From NCBI GenBank assembly GCA_964394685.1, contig CAYMYO010000004.1, positions 9,063 to 64,442 on the forward strand: a stretch of 55,380 nt of DNA, in the 5' to 3' direction. This document shows positions 41,565-50,004 of the stretch, piece after piece. The translations under genes and the position numbers were made by a program. This DNA is from an uncultured Gammaproteobacteria bacterium. GTDB taxonomy: Bacteria > Patescibacteriota > Microgenomatia > UBA10105 > UBA927. Numbering within the stretch: position 1 is the stretch's first letter; the number at the start of each line of letters is the position of its first letter. Below the pieces are notes generated by a model that was not told the origin of the DNA, searched no databases, and saw only the letters and a list, made by a program, of their open reading frames with translations.

Positions 41565-42240
41565 GTAAGTCACTCCGCCGGAGCTTTGTTCGTTTGAACG
41601 CTTCTTTTTGTTTCCATTTTTCAATTTGTGCATGGTGGCCGGAAAGAAGAATTTCAGGTACGTTTTTTCCTTTATAGGTTTGCGGTGTTGTGTATTGAGG
41701 ATATTCGAGAAGGGGTGTTGCACCCGAGAACGATTCATTTGTTGTAACCCCCTCTTTTTTAAGTGTGCCGGGAAGGAGGCGAACAATACTATCAATAACT
41801 ACCATCGCCGGTATTTCTCCGCACGTAAGAATGTAGTCGCCAATTGATATTTCTTCATCAATAAGAGTTCGTATTCTTTCATCAATTCCTTCATAATGAC
41901 CACAAAGAAGAATGAGATGATCGTATGTAGCTAATTGTTGCGCCTTTTTTTGTACATATGGTGTTCCTTGCGGATCAAGAAGAATCGTGTGAGTAGGTAT
42001 GTTGGGATGGAGCGATTTGGCATATTGAATAGCGGCCTCTACGATATCCACGCGCAGAATCATACCAGCACCACCACCGTATGGATGATCATCAACACTT
42101 TTATGCTTGTCTTTTGCAAAATCACGGATATTTATACAGGCGATAGAAACAATGTTTTGATTCTGCGCGCGCTTGAGTATCGATTCAGTAAGAGGTCCGT
42201 GGAACATCTCTGGAAATAACGTGAGGATAGTGATTTGCAT
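41554..42240 (-). CDS. trmD: tRNA (guanine37-N1)-methyltransferase
   Basis: VDDHPYGGGAGM, CGHYEGIDER, SIGDYILTCGE, LLEYPQYT, LLSGHH. Confidence 0.97.
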   Translation of the reverse strand: MQITILTLFPEMFHGPLTESILKRAQNQNIVSIACINIRDFAKDKHKSVDDHPYGGGAGMILRVDIVEAAIQYAKSLHPNIPTHTILLDPQGTPYVQKKAQQLATYDHLILLCGHYEGIDERIRTLIDEEISIGDYILTCGEIPAMVVIDSIVRLLPGTLKKEGVTTNESFSGATPLLEYPQYTTPQTYKGKNVPEILLSGHHAQIEKWKQKEAFKRTKLRRSDLLTD

Positions 42241-42243
42241 GAA

Positions 42244-42486
42244 TTATACGACTTCGTTTTCTTTAAGAACAATATCTACATACATATGCTCTTTAGCCGC
42301 CATGAGTTTGACGAGATCGCGAAGCGCCCTGATAATTCTTCCTTGCTTTCCGATTACCTTGCCCATATCTTCCTGATGTACAGTAAGAAGATAGATGATT
42401 CTCTCTTGATCCGTTTGTTCTTCTATGACAATTGCCTCTGGGTGGTCAACTATGTGGGTAAGAATATAAAGAAGTGTATCTTTCAT
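42244..42486 (-). CDS. khpA: KH-domain RNA-binding protein KhpA
   Basis: DMGKVIGKQGRIIRALR; located between rpsP and trmD. Confidence 0.9.
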   Translation of the reverse strand: MKDTLLYILTHIVDHPEAIVIEEQTDQERIIYLLTVHQEDMGKVIGKQGRIIRALRDLVKLMAAKEHMYVDIVLKENEVV

Positions 42487-42492
42487 GAGTAG

Positions 42493-42717
42493 TTATACGA
42501 GAATTTTAGTAACTCCGTCTGTTTTTTGTGCGCCAACAGAAATCCAGTACTTGAGTCGTTCTTTATCAATGACTAATTGTGGAGGTGTAACGAGTGGGTT
42601 ATAAAAACCTAATAGTTCGATCGTTTTACCATCTCTGCGTTTTCCTTCTTCCATGACCACAATTCGGTACGTTTTTCTATTTCGTTTGCCTGTTTGCGAT
42701 AGTTTAATTTTTACCAT
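42493..42717 (-). CDS. rpsP: 30S ribosomal protein S16
   Basis: MVKIKL...YRIVV...RRDGK.IE.LGFYNP...WISVGAQ. Confidence 0.96.
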   Translation of the reverse strand: MVKIKLSQTGKRNRKTYRIVVMEEGKRRDGKTIELLGFYNPLVTPPQLVIDKERLKYWISVGAQKTDGVTKILV

Positions 42718-42731
42718 AGTTGTTCATGCTA

Positions 42732-43418
42732 TCATATTTTACCCATCTTCTCAAGCGCGTTTGCGGCTGCCGCTTGCTCCCCTTCTTGTTTTGATTTCCC
42801 TTTTCCCTCGCCTAGCTTTTTCTCTCCGATATAGGCTTCGATATAAAAGAGTCTGTTGTGGTCTGGCCCTTCCGATTTGGCTACCTGGTACGTTGGAGAT
42901 AGTTTGGTATCTTCCTGAACAATTTCTTGGAGAAGACTTTTGAAATCAAGATAAGATTTTGACTGGACAATGTCACTTGTTTTTGGAAACAAATATGACG
43001 TAAGAAACTGTTTTACTGCATCAATTCCTTGATCTATTGAAAGAGCGCCAAGAAACGCTTCAAAGGAATCAGCAAGAAGCGACATATTATTTCGTCCTCC
43101 GGATTCTTCTTCCCCATGACTTAAAAAAAGCAAATCTCCAAATCCAAGAGCCTTTGCGGATTCTCCTAAGCTTTTCGTTTTGACGAGACTTGAACGAATG
43201 TTTGTGAGCACTCCTTCTGGATAGGTAGGATAGGTGGTATAGAGAAATTGTGACGTGAGGAACGATAATATTGCATCACCTAAAAACTCTAAACGCTCAT
43301 TCGATTCTTTGATGTGTTTTGCCTCATTAAGATACGAACGATGATAAAACGCATGCTGTAACAACTCTTTGTCTCGAAAGGTTGCGCCGATGGTTGATTG
43401 CAGTTCGTCAAATGTCAT
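42732..43418 (-). CDS. rnc: Ribonuclease III
   Basis: NERLEFLGDAIL, ADSFEAFLGA, C-terminal dsRBD. Confidence 0.97.
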   Translation of the reverse strand: MTFDELQSTIGATFRDKELLQHAFYHRSYLNEAKHIKESNERLEFLGDAILSFLTSQFLYTTYPTYPEGVLTNIRSSLVKTKSLGESAKALGFGDLLFLSHGEEESGGRNNMSLLADSFEAFLGALSIDQGIDAVKQFLTSYLFPKTSDIVQSKSYLDFKSLLQEIVQEDTKLSPTYQVAKSEGPDHNRLFYIEAYIGEKKLGEGKGKSKQEGEQAAAANALEKMGKI

Positions 43419-43762
43419 ACTTTTTGAATAATGGTTCCAAGTACGCCATTAATAAATTTTGGGCTATTGGAATTGCCAAATGATTTAGCCAGTTCAATTG
43501 CTTCATCAATAACAACTTTCACCGGTGCCTCTTTGGCAACGGATATTTCATAAATAGCAAGCCTGAGTATTGCTAAATCAATTTTTGCGATTTTATCAAT
43601 TGGCCATTCCGGAGCACACTCAATAATACGTACATCAATTGTGGGTAAGTGAGGAATAATTGCTGTTATGGCTTTTCCCTCTTCAGGACGGAAGCCGTAG
43701 CTAAATAATTGCTGCATCATATTGATGCGATGTTGATGACGTGGATCTTGGGCGGTCTTCAT
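43415..43762 (-). CDS. nusB: Transcription antitermination factor NusB (short)
   Basis: IDLAILRLAIYE, VVIDEAIELAK, KFINGVLG. Confidence 0.93.
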   Translation of the reverse strand: MKTAQDPRHQHRINMMQQLFSYGFRPEEGKAITAIIPHLPTIDVRIIECAPEWPIDKIAKIDLAILRLAIYEISVAKEAPVKVVIDEAIELAKSFGNSNSPKFINGVLGTIIQKV

Positions 43763-43769
43763 GAGGGCG

Positions 43770-43970
43770 TTACTTTTTCTTTTCTTTTTTAATTTTTTGT
43801 TTTATGACTTCCTTTCCGTTATAGTGTCCACAGTTAGGACAAACAGTATGCGGCCTGCGGGGTTTGCCGCAGTTTTTACAAAACAGAGTAGCGACAGATG
43901 CCAGCTTGATAGCTGCTTTTCGCTTGCCTCCTCGTCTGGTTGAATGTCTGCGTTTTGGTAGTGGTGTCAT
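43770..43970 (-). CDS. rpmF: 50S ribosomal protein L32
   Basis: MTPLPKRRHS...CKNCG...HTVCPNCGHY; start at 43970 preferred. Confidence 0.95.
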   Translation of the reverse strand: MTPLPKRRHSTRRGGKRKAAIKLASVATLFCKNCGKPRRPHTVCPNCGHYNGKEVIKQKIKKEKKK

Positions 43971-43991
43971 ATGATCGATCTGGACAAAGGT

Positions 43992-44031
43992 CAATAAACA
44001 GTAAACAACATTTTTTGTTTATTGCTTATTG
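43992..44031. terminator. 17-bp imperfect inverted repeat between recG and rpmF
   Basis: CAATAAACAGTAAACAA / TTGTTTATTGCTTATTG (15/17) with a 6-nt loop; AT-rich, function uncertain. Confidence 0.4.
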
Positions 44032-44049
44032 CTTTCTGTCTTTCTTTTA

Positions 44050-46113
44050 TTAATCCTGTGAAACATTTTCTATTTTACTCTCATTTAAGCGCTCTCTCAA
44101 GAGGGGAAAAGCATTAAACGTAGGATCAATGCATGTTAACTTCGAAACTGCGTCTTTTGTTTGAGAAACAAGAGTGGCATCTGATAACGATCCAAGAACA
44201 AGTGTCGGGATTCCGTGTTGGCGGCTGCCAAAGACATCTCCCTGACCTCGAAGTTTGAGATCATATTCAGCAAGTTCTGTACCGTTATGCATTGTTTCCA
44301 GAGCTTTTAAACGCGTCATTGTATCCGGATTGGTATTATCTGAAAAGAGAAGACAATAGGATTGTTTGTCACTGCGTCCTACCCGTCCGCGGAGCTGATG
44401 AAGTTGCGCAAGGCCAAACCGATCAGAGCCTTCAACGAGCATAATGGTAGCATTGGGAATATCAATTCCTACTTCAACAACAGGAGTCGCCACTAATATA
44501 TCAATGTCTTTATTTCGAAATGCATCAAGAATACTCGATTTTTCTTTTGTTTTTAGTTTGCCATGCAGAAGTCCGAGTTTGAGATTTGGAAAGACAGAGG
44601 TAGATAATCTCGTAAATTCAGTCGTGGCGGCTTTGATGGTTTTCATGGATTCCGATTCCTCGATAAACGGACAAATAATAAAACACTGTGAACCCTGCCT
44701 GCCGGCAGGCAGGTGTGACTCTTTTATTTCTTTTTTTATCCATGCGTAGGCATCATCACGTTTTTCTGGGGGAACCACCCAGGTTTTAATGTTTTGTCTT
44801 CCTTTAGGCATTTCAGTGAGTTGAGACAGGTCGAGATTGCCGTAGAGCGTAAGAGCAAGGGTTCTGGGGATCGGAGTAGCGGTCATGGTAAGGAGATGTG
44901 GTGTGGTTGTCCCCTTCACTTTTGTGCGAATCAGGTTTCGTTGAAATACGCCAAATCGTTGTTGTTCATCAATAACGACAAGTCCGACGTTTTGAAATTC
45001 AATTTTGTTTTCTAATAACGCATGCGTGCCGACGAGTATTTTGTATTTTGTATCTTGTCTTTTGTATTTACCTCCAGTGATCAGGCCGACACTAATGCCA
45101 AACGGTTCGAGGAGTTGTTTAATGGTATTGAAATGTTGTTCAGCAAGGATTTGGGTCGGTGCCATGAGGATGGACTGGAGATGATTTTTTGCAGTAATAT
45201 ACATGGCTATTGCCGCAACCACGGTTTTTCCGCTCCCGACATCTCCCTCAAGAAGCCGATTCATAGGAGTTGTTGATGCAATATCCGTTTGAATATCTTT
45301 AAACGCTTGCAATTGACTACTCGTGAGAGTAAATGGAAGTTTTGTGATAAATGAATTTATTTCTTGAGAAGAAGTAGTGAGTGAGGTCGCATGCTTTGTT
45401 TCTTTCCACAATCGTTTTTGCTCAAAGGACATACATTGCATAAGAAGCAGTTCGTCAAACGCGAGCCTTCGCCTGGCTTCAACTCCAATTGCAATTGTTT
45501 TTGGAAAATGCACATCATGAAGTGCTTCCTGAATGTGCGGGAGCGTATATGTTATCCGTATGTTCTCGGGTATGTATTCTTCAATGAGCGTTGGTACTTC
45601 GGTTAACAGATAATAGATTCGTGATCGTAACCATTTTGACGTAATACCGGTTGTTTCTGAATAGACTGGAACCACTCGACCAGTGTGAAGGAATGGTTTG
45701 CCAGGAGTTGCAAGTTCATAATCCGGAGATTCTAACACGAGTTTGTTTCCGAAAAAACCAACGGTTCCTGAAGCAGCGAGTATATCGCCTGCCTGGATGA
45801 TTTTCGGTAAATACAATTGGTTAAACCATATAATTGTCGCAATTCCTGTAGAATCCTCGACACGACATTCCTGAATTTTCTTTCCTGTTTTGGTAAAGAT
45901 GTTTTTGATACTTAATACCGTCCCATGGATACTGATGACCGTCCCTGGATGCAGTGATCGAATGGAAGTAACGAGCGAAAAATCGTTGTAGCGGAAAGGG
46001 GCGTAAAAAAGAAGATCCCGTACCGTATGAATTCCGAGTCGTTCCAACTTACCAGCGATCGATGGACCCACACGGGGGACGTATTGAATAGAAGAGCTCA
46101 GTCGTAAGGTCAT
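44050..46113 (-). CDS. recG: ATP-dependent DNA helicase RecG
   Basis: RRRLAFDE, EGDVGSGKT, DEQQRFG, MTATPIPRT, QLHQLRGRVGR, DLKLRGQG. Confidence 0.96.
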   Translation of the reverse strand: MTLRLSSSIQYVPRVGPSIAGKLERLGIHTVRDLLFYAPFRYNDFSLVTSIRSLHPGTVISIHGTVLSIKNIFTKTGKKIQECRVEDSTGIATIIWFNQLYLPKIIQAGDILAASGTVGFFGNKLVLESPDYELATPGKPFLHTGRVVPVYSETTGITSKWLRSRIYYLLTEVPTLIEEYIPENIRITYTLPHIQEALHDVHFPKTIAIGVEARRRLAFDELLLMQCMSFEQKRLWKETKHATSLTTSSQEINSFITKLPFTLTSSQLQAFKDIQTDIASTTPMNRLLEGDVGSGKTVVAAIAMYITAKNHLQSILMAPTQILAEQHFNTIKQLLEPFGISVGLITGGKYKRQDTKYKILVGTHALLENKIEFQNVGLVVIDEQQRFGVFQRNLIRTKVKGTTTPHLLTMTATPIPRTLALTLYGNLDLSQLTEMPKGRQNIKTWVVPPEKRDDAYAWIKKEIKESHLPAGRQGSQCFIICPFIEESESMKTIKAATTEFTRLSTSVFPNLKLGLLHGKLKTKEKSSILDAFRNKDIDILVATPVVEVGIDIPNATIMLVEGSDRFGLAQLHQLRGRVGRSDKQSYCLLFSDNTNPDTMTRLKALETMHNGTELAEYDLKLRGQGDVFGSRQHGIPTLVLGSLSDATLVSQTKDAVSKLTCIDPTFNAFPLLRERLNESKIENVSQD
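44694..44713. repeat. 20-bp palindrome CCTGCCTGCCGGCAGGCAGG inside recG
   Basis: Encodes part of HLPAGRQG, just before the SQCFIICP strand. Confidence 0.9.
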
Positions 46114-46119
46114 GCGATA

Positions 46120-46224
46120 TTATCGGATAGACAGTAGTGGTATAAATGATGTTGCAATAAGAGCAAGAGATGCAATCACCACCACTACTTTCCAGAATGT
46201 TTCATGTTTTCTAAAAAAGTTCAT
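46120..46224 (-). CDS. 34-aa single-TM small protein (not in ORF track)
   Basis: MNFFRKHETFWKVVVVIASLALIATSFIPLLSIR; ATGA overlap with the tyrS stop; ends 6 nt before recG. Confidence 0.7.
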   Translation of the reverse strand: MNFFRKHETFWKVVVVIASLALIATSFIPLLSIR

Positions 46225-47405
46225 ATAATATGTATTTTAACAAATTTCTTTTTACCGATTTTGATTATATCATCTTCTTTTATCCGCCAGCTGACGGATT
46301 GGCATTTAGCATTGTTGATTTCCACTGCTTTTTGTTCAAAAAGTCTTCTCGCTTCAGATTTGCTGGTTACTTGATTTGTCGCAACCAATAAATCGACGAT
46401 ATTCCAGTCTGTTTGCTTAGTTTCAAAAACAGGTGCTGACACGAGTAGACTCTCCCTTTTTTGGTGAACCGCTTCAAATTCTTCCTGCGCTTTTTGAGCT
46501 GAACCTTCATCATTGAGCATCTTTGTTAACTCAAAAGCCAGTTGTTTCTTGAATAACATGGGATTTTCACCATTTTTTATTTTTGCTTCAATTTCTTCTG
46601 TGGAACGATCCGTCAAAAGAGTAAAGCATGGAATGATTGCATCATCACCAAGTGACATGATTTTTGCGTAAAATTCCGCTGGTGCATCTGTAAGTCCAAT
46701 GACGTTCCCTTCAGTTTTTCCAATTTTTACTCCCTTACTGTCAGCAAGGAGTGGCACGGTCATGACAAACTTTTCTCTTCCCTGCATTGCTTTGACGAGT
46801 GTGCGGCCCGCAAGCATATTAAACGTCTGATCTGTTCCACCGAGTTCTAGATCTACGTTCATTGCGACGGAATCATAGCCCTGAAGAAGCGGGTACAGAA
46901 ATTCACGCAAATTAATGGGATCCCCTGCTTTGATGCGTACCTGATACATGTCCCGTTCGATCATTTGTTGAACGGTAAAATTTTGGGCAATATTGAGAAT
47001 ATCTTCTAGAGTAAGTTTCGTGAGCCAATCACCGTTATAGCGAATTTCAATAGGATTATCGCCATCAAACCGTACGATTTTAGCTGCCTGTTTCAGGTAT
47101 GACACCGCGTTATTTCTTAGTTCCTGACGATCCATGAAACGACCACGTGCCTTCATTTTTCCCGATGGATCCCCTGCGAGTCCCGTTCCATCACCGATAA
47201 GAAAAATGACATGATGTCCTAAATCTTGCCATTGACGAAGTTTTCTAAATCCTACTGCATGGCCAATATGAAGTTGTGTGCCAGTCGGATCAAATCCCTG
47301 GTAAAGGGTTAATTTTTTTCCACTGCGAAGCACTTTTTCCAATGATTCTTTTGTTGGGTAAATTGTATCTACCCCTCGAGTGAGTAATGTATCAATTGCA
47401 TCCAT
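46221..47405 (-). CDS. tyrS: Tyrosyl-tRNA synthetase
   Basis: GFDPTG..LHIGH, YPLLQGYD, GGTDQTFN, KIGKT, C-terminal S4 domain; SD AGGAGG supports start at 47405. Confidence 0.97.
   Translation of the reverse strand: MDAIDTLLTRGVDTIYPTKESLEKVLRSGKKLTLYQGFDPTGTQLHIGHAVGFRKLRQWQDLGHHVIFLIGDGTGLAGDPSGKMKARGRFMDRQELRNNAVSYLKQAAKIVRFDGDNPIEIRYNGDWLTKLTLEDILNIAQNFTVQQMIERDMYQVRIKAGDPINLREFLYPLLQGYDSVAMNVDLELGGTDQTFNMLAGRTLVKAMQGREKFVMTVPLLADSKGVKIGKTEGNVIGLTDAPAEFYAKIMSLGDDAIIPCFTLLTDRSTEEIEAKIKNGENPMLFKKQLAFELTKMLNDEGSAQKAQEEFEAVHQKRESLLVSAPVFETKQTDWNIVDLLVATNQVTSKSEARRLFEQKAVEINNAKCQSVSWRIKEDDIIKIGKKKFVKIHII
46283..46298. repeat. Variant palindrome TCCGCCAGCTGACGGA inside the tyrS S4 domain
   Basis: One mismatch to the 16-bp palindrome at 14207 and 20365. 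Confidence 0.7.
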
Positions 47406-47455
47406 AATTCCTCCTTTTACTATATCATAATCATAATTAATAAAACTCACCTATA

Positions 47456-48571
47456 TTAAATTCTATCGCCCCATACACGTCTTGCGATCGATGAAACCAA
47501 TTTCAGTTTTCGTTCTTGGTCATTAAACGTGAGATTATTTCCTTTTGCAACTGATGCAAATCCACATTGCGTGCTGATTGCTAATCGTTCAGTTGGTACA
47601 AATTGTGATGCGTCATCAATCCGTCTGATTAGTTCCGCTTCATTTTCTAGAATTGGTGATTTTGTTGAAATAAGACCAAGAACAACCGTTTTATCTTTCG
47701 GTACTTGTCGTAAGGGTAGAAAATTTCCTGACCTGTCGCTATCAAATTCTAAAAGTAGACGGTTAACATGTGCTTGTTGAAAAACTGTTTTGGCAATTTC
47801 ATCATATCCGCCTTTCGCCATAAATCGATTTTTGTCGTTTCCTCTGCAGATGTGCATTCCTGTCATTCCATGAAATCCACTTAGGACTTCATTAATCATT
47901 TCAACGCCTTCCTGAACCAGCGTCGTTGGATTGAAGCCTTTTCTGGCAAACCAATCTTTTTGGATTGGATCTAAAAGCATACCAAATTCTGGTGCGTCTA
48001 TTTGTATGTAGGAAACACCAACTTTTTCAAGTTCTTGTACCGCGTGTTTCAGTATTGCCGTTACTTCACGCAGAAACACTATCGGTTTTTTGTATATTCT
48101 ATTTGTTATTCCTGACGCAAAAAAATAACTCATCATGGTTGGACTGGGAATTGTCATTTTTGTTGGTTTACTGGTTATACCTCTCAAAAATGAAAATTCA
48201 TCAATTGAGATATCATGGATTTGTTTAATTTTATGAACAACTCCGACTGTGACTGGATCAACCACTTTTTTTCCGTCCATGGTAAACCAGATAACTGAAT
48301 TTCCAGGAATGTTCCATTCAAATCCACTTACCGCTTTAACAAAATTGTGACAAAATACCGGTCGTCGCATTTCACCATCCGTAACTACATCAATACCGCA
48401 TCGCGTTTGTATAGCGACGGCATCTTTCACTGCTTTGTCTTCTTCCTTAGTCAGATCACATTGAGTGGCTATGCCTTCTCTGACAGCTTGTTGCATATCA
48501 AGAAGAGGTTTAGGTCGCAACATGCTTCCAACGACGTCTGCACGAATTTCAAATTGCTTAAATTTTTTCAT
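47456..48571 (-). CDS. Cobalamin-independent methionine synthase catalytic-domain protein (YxjG/YxjH-like, single barrel)
   Basis: RADVVGSMLRP, TDGEMRR, HICRGN, LLLEFD, QCGFAS Zn ligands; SD AAGGAG supports start at 48571. Confidence 0.9.
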   Translation of the reverse strand: MKKFKQFEIRADVVGSMLRPKPLLDMQQAVREGIATQCDLTKEEDKAVKDAVAIQTRCGIDVVTDGEMRRPVFCHNFVKAVSGFEWNIPGNSVIWFTMDGKKVVDPVTVGVVHKIKQIHDISIDEFSFLRGITSKPTKMTIPSPTMMSYFFASGITNRIYKKPIVFLREVTAILKHAVQELEKVGVSYIQIDAPEFGMLLDPIQKDWFARKGFNPTTLVQEGVEMINEVLSGFHGMTGMHICRGNDKNRFMAKGGYDEIAKTVFQQAHVNRLLLEFDSDRSGNFLPLRQVPKDKTVVLGLISTKSPILENEAELIRRIDDASQFVPTERLAISTQCGFASVAKGNNLTFNDQERKLKLVSSIARRVWGDRI

Positions 48572-49425
48572 ATTCTCTCCTTTTGAATAATGACCCTGCA
48601 TGAAATTGGACTAAAGTCCAACACATGTCCTTTTACTGGATCTTGATTAATACGGTTCTGCATTTCTGGTGTTACGACGGGAAGTGACGCATCAAATGTT
48701 AACCATTGCGTAACTTTTTTTGTTTGTGCCACAGCGTCATCAAATTCGTTTTTTGTAAATGCAGCTTGAAACGTCGGAATAAGGAGTGGTACGATCTCGG
48801 ATTTTGTCCACATTAGACGGGTTTCCATAGCTAATATAAATTCCGGCGTACTGTTTCTTTGGTAATCGGCAATCATGACAAATCCGCCCGGTTTGGTTAC
48901 TCGTACAAACTCCGATATCACTTTTTGTAGTTTCTCTTCACTATCTAACTGATGTGTTGAATTATGAACAACAACCAGATCAAATATATTATCTGGTGTA
49001 GCTATTTGATCAACCGGCGACAGAATAGTCGAAAAGCGATCTTCAGAAAATAATTCACTTGCCATATTTCGTGCATGATCGAGCATAACGGTATGTCCGT
49101 CTTGAAACGTTACGTGACCTGCACCAAGTTGTAATAATTCTCTACCGAGTCTTCCTGGACCAGTCATAGAATCAAGGATATTCATGTTTTGTATATTTTG
49201 TATATCTGATTTACTAAACCACCGCTCATTTATTTCCAAGGCAACAAGTAAATCGTCTGCCGATTCGGGAAAGTCACATCCGTGAATGTACAATCTTGCT
49301 TCCTCATCAGTAAACATTTCCGATTTTTCAGGAACCCGCGTTCGCAGGTCGAGTTTCCGTAACCCAAACGGATCGCTCTCAGCTGTCGCTGTGTGTTTCA
49401 GTGTATCTCTCATAGTATCTCTCAT
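48568..49425 (-). CDS. Class I SAM-dependent methyltransferase
   Basis: ILDSMTGPG motif I, FDLVVVHNSTH, RVTKPGG; SD AGGAGG. Confidence 0.85.
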   Translation of the reverse strand: MRDTMRDTLKHTATAESDPFGLRKLDLRTRVPEKSEMFTDEEARLYIHGCDFPESADDLLVALEINERWFSKSDIQNIQNMNILDSMTGPGRLGRELLQLGAGHVTFQDGHTVMLDHARNMASELFSEDRFSTILSPVDQIATPDNIFDLVVVHNSTHQLDSEEKLQKVISEFVRVTKPGGFVMIADYQRNSTPEFILAMETRLMWTKSEIVPLLIPTFQAAFTKNEFDDAVAQTKKVTQWLTFDASLPVVTPEMQNRINQDPVKGHVLDFSPISCRVIIQKERI

Positions 49426-49461
49426 ATTTCCTCCTCCTAAATGTTTTTATATATGCGTCTG

Positions 49462-49546
49462 TGCTGAGGGAAGGATTTGAACCTTCGTAGGTCTTTAGAC
49501 CACCTGTTTTACAGACAGGTACATTTGACCGCTCTGTCACCTCAGC
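49462..49546 (-). tRNA. tRNA-Tyr(GTA), CCA not encoded
   Basis: Acceptor GCTGAGG/CCTCAGC, anticodon stem CCTGT/ACAGG, loop CTGTAAA, long variable arm, T loop TTCAAAT, A73. Confidence 0.95.
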
Positions 49547-49618
49547 GTTTCTAAATACCCTTCGGGTATCGTGGCTCGTACGCCTTTTCTCTATGAATCG
49601 AAAAAGCTACGAATCCAC

Positions 49619-49666
49619 AAAAAAAACTCGCCTCCATCCCGCTTTGCGGGACAAGGGCGAGTTTTT
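49619..49666 (-). terminator. T-box intrinsic terminator
   Basis: AAAAACTCGCC...GGCGAGTTTTTTTT; mutually exclusive with the antiterminator AAGG/CCTT plus GCG/CGC. Confidence 0.85.
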
Positions 49667-49940
49667 AATTCGCGGTACCACCTTGGTTCGTAACAATGCC
49701 ATTAAAAAATCCCGACACTGCGGGATTCAAAGCGAGGTATTGTTACCTTCTACTTCGAGTACGTGCTTTGCAGTGATACTCTAGCTTTTGGTTACGGAAG
49801 CTTCCGTCCCGCCTTACTTTTTGTTCTGGCGGGAAGCTCAGGAGGGTATTTCGAAAGAGAAAATTCGGCAAGTCTTGCATCAACCGCTTGCTTTCTTATT
49901 GTCACTTTTATCTTTCTACTTCATCTCCGTCAACGCTTTT
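49619..49940 (-). promoter_or_regulatory. T-box riboswitch with Tyr (UAC) specifier
   Basis: Stem I with GA motif, AGTA, AGAAAG bulge, GGTTGATGCAA apical loop, GAAA-TAC specifier (49848-49846); T-box AAGGTGGTACCGCG (49684-49671); terminator. Confidence 0.88.
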
Positions 49941-49960
49941 CCTATTAACTTGTACATGGT

Positions 49961-49969
49961 ATTGTAGCA
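49961..49969 (-). promoter_or_regulatory. Extended -10 promoter for the T-box leader
   Basis: TGc-TACAAT on the minus strand, about 20 nt before stem I; divergent from the PBP promoter. Confidence 0.55.
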
Positions 49970-50004
49970 TAGATTGCATTGATGTCAAGATGTGGCATAC
50001 AATA

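Noticed and set aside
49402-49425. 12-nt tandem duplication at the methyltransferase start (MRDT-MRDT)
   Set aside because: Real but most simply a local duplication; it only makes the start codon ambiguous
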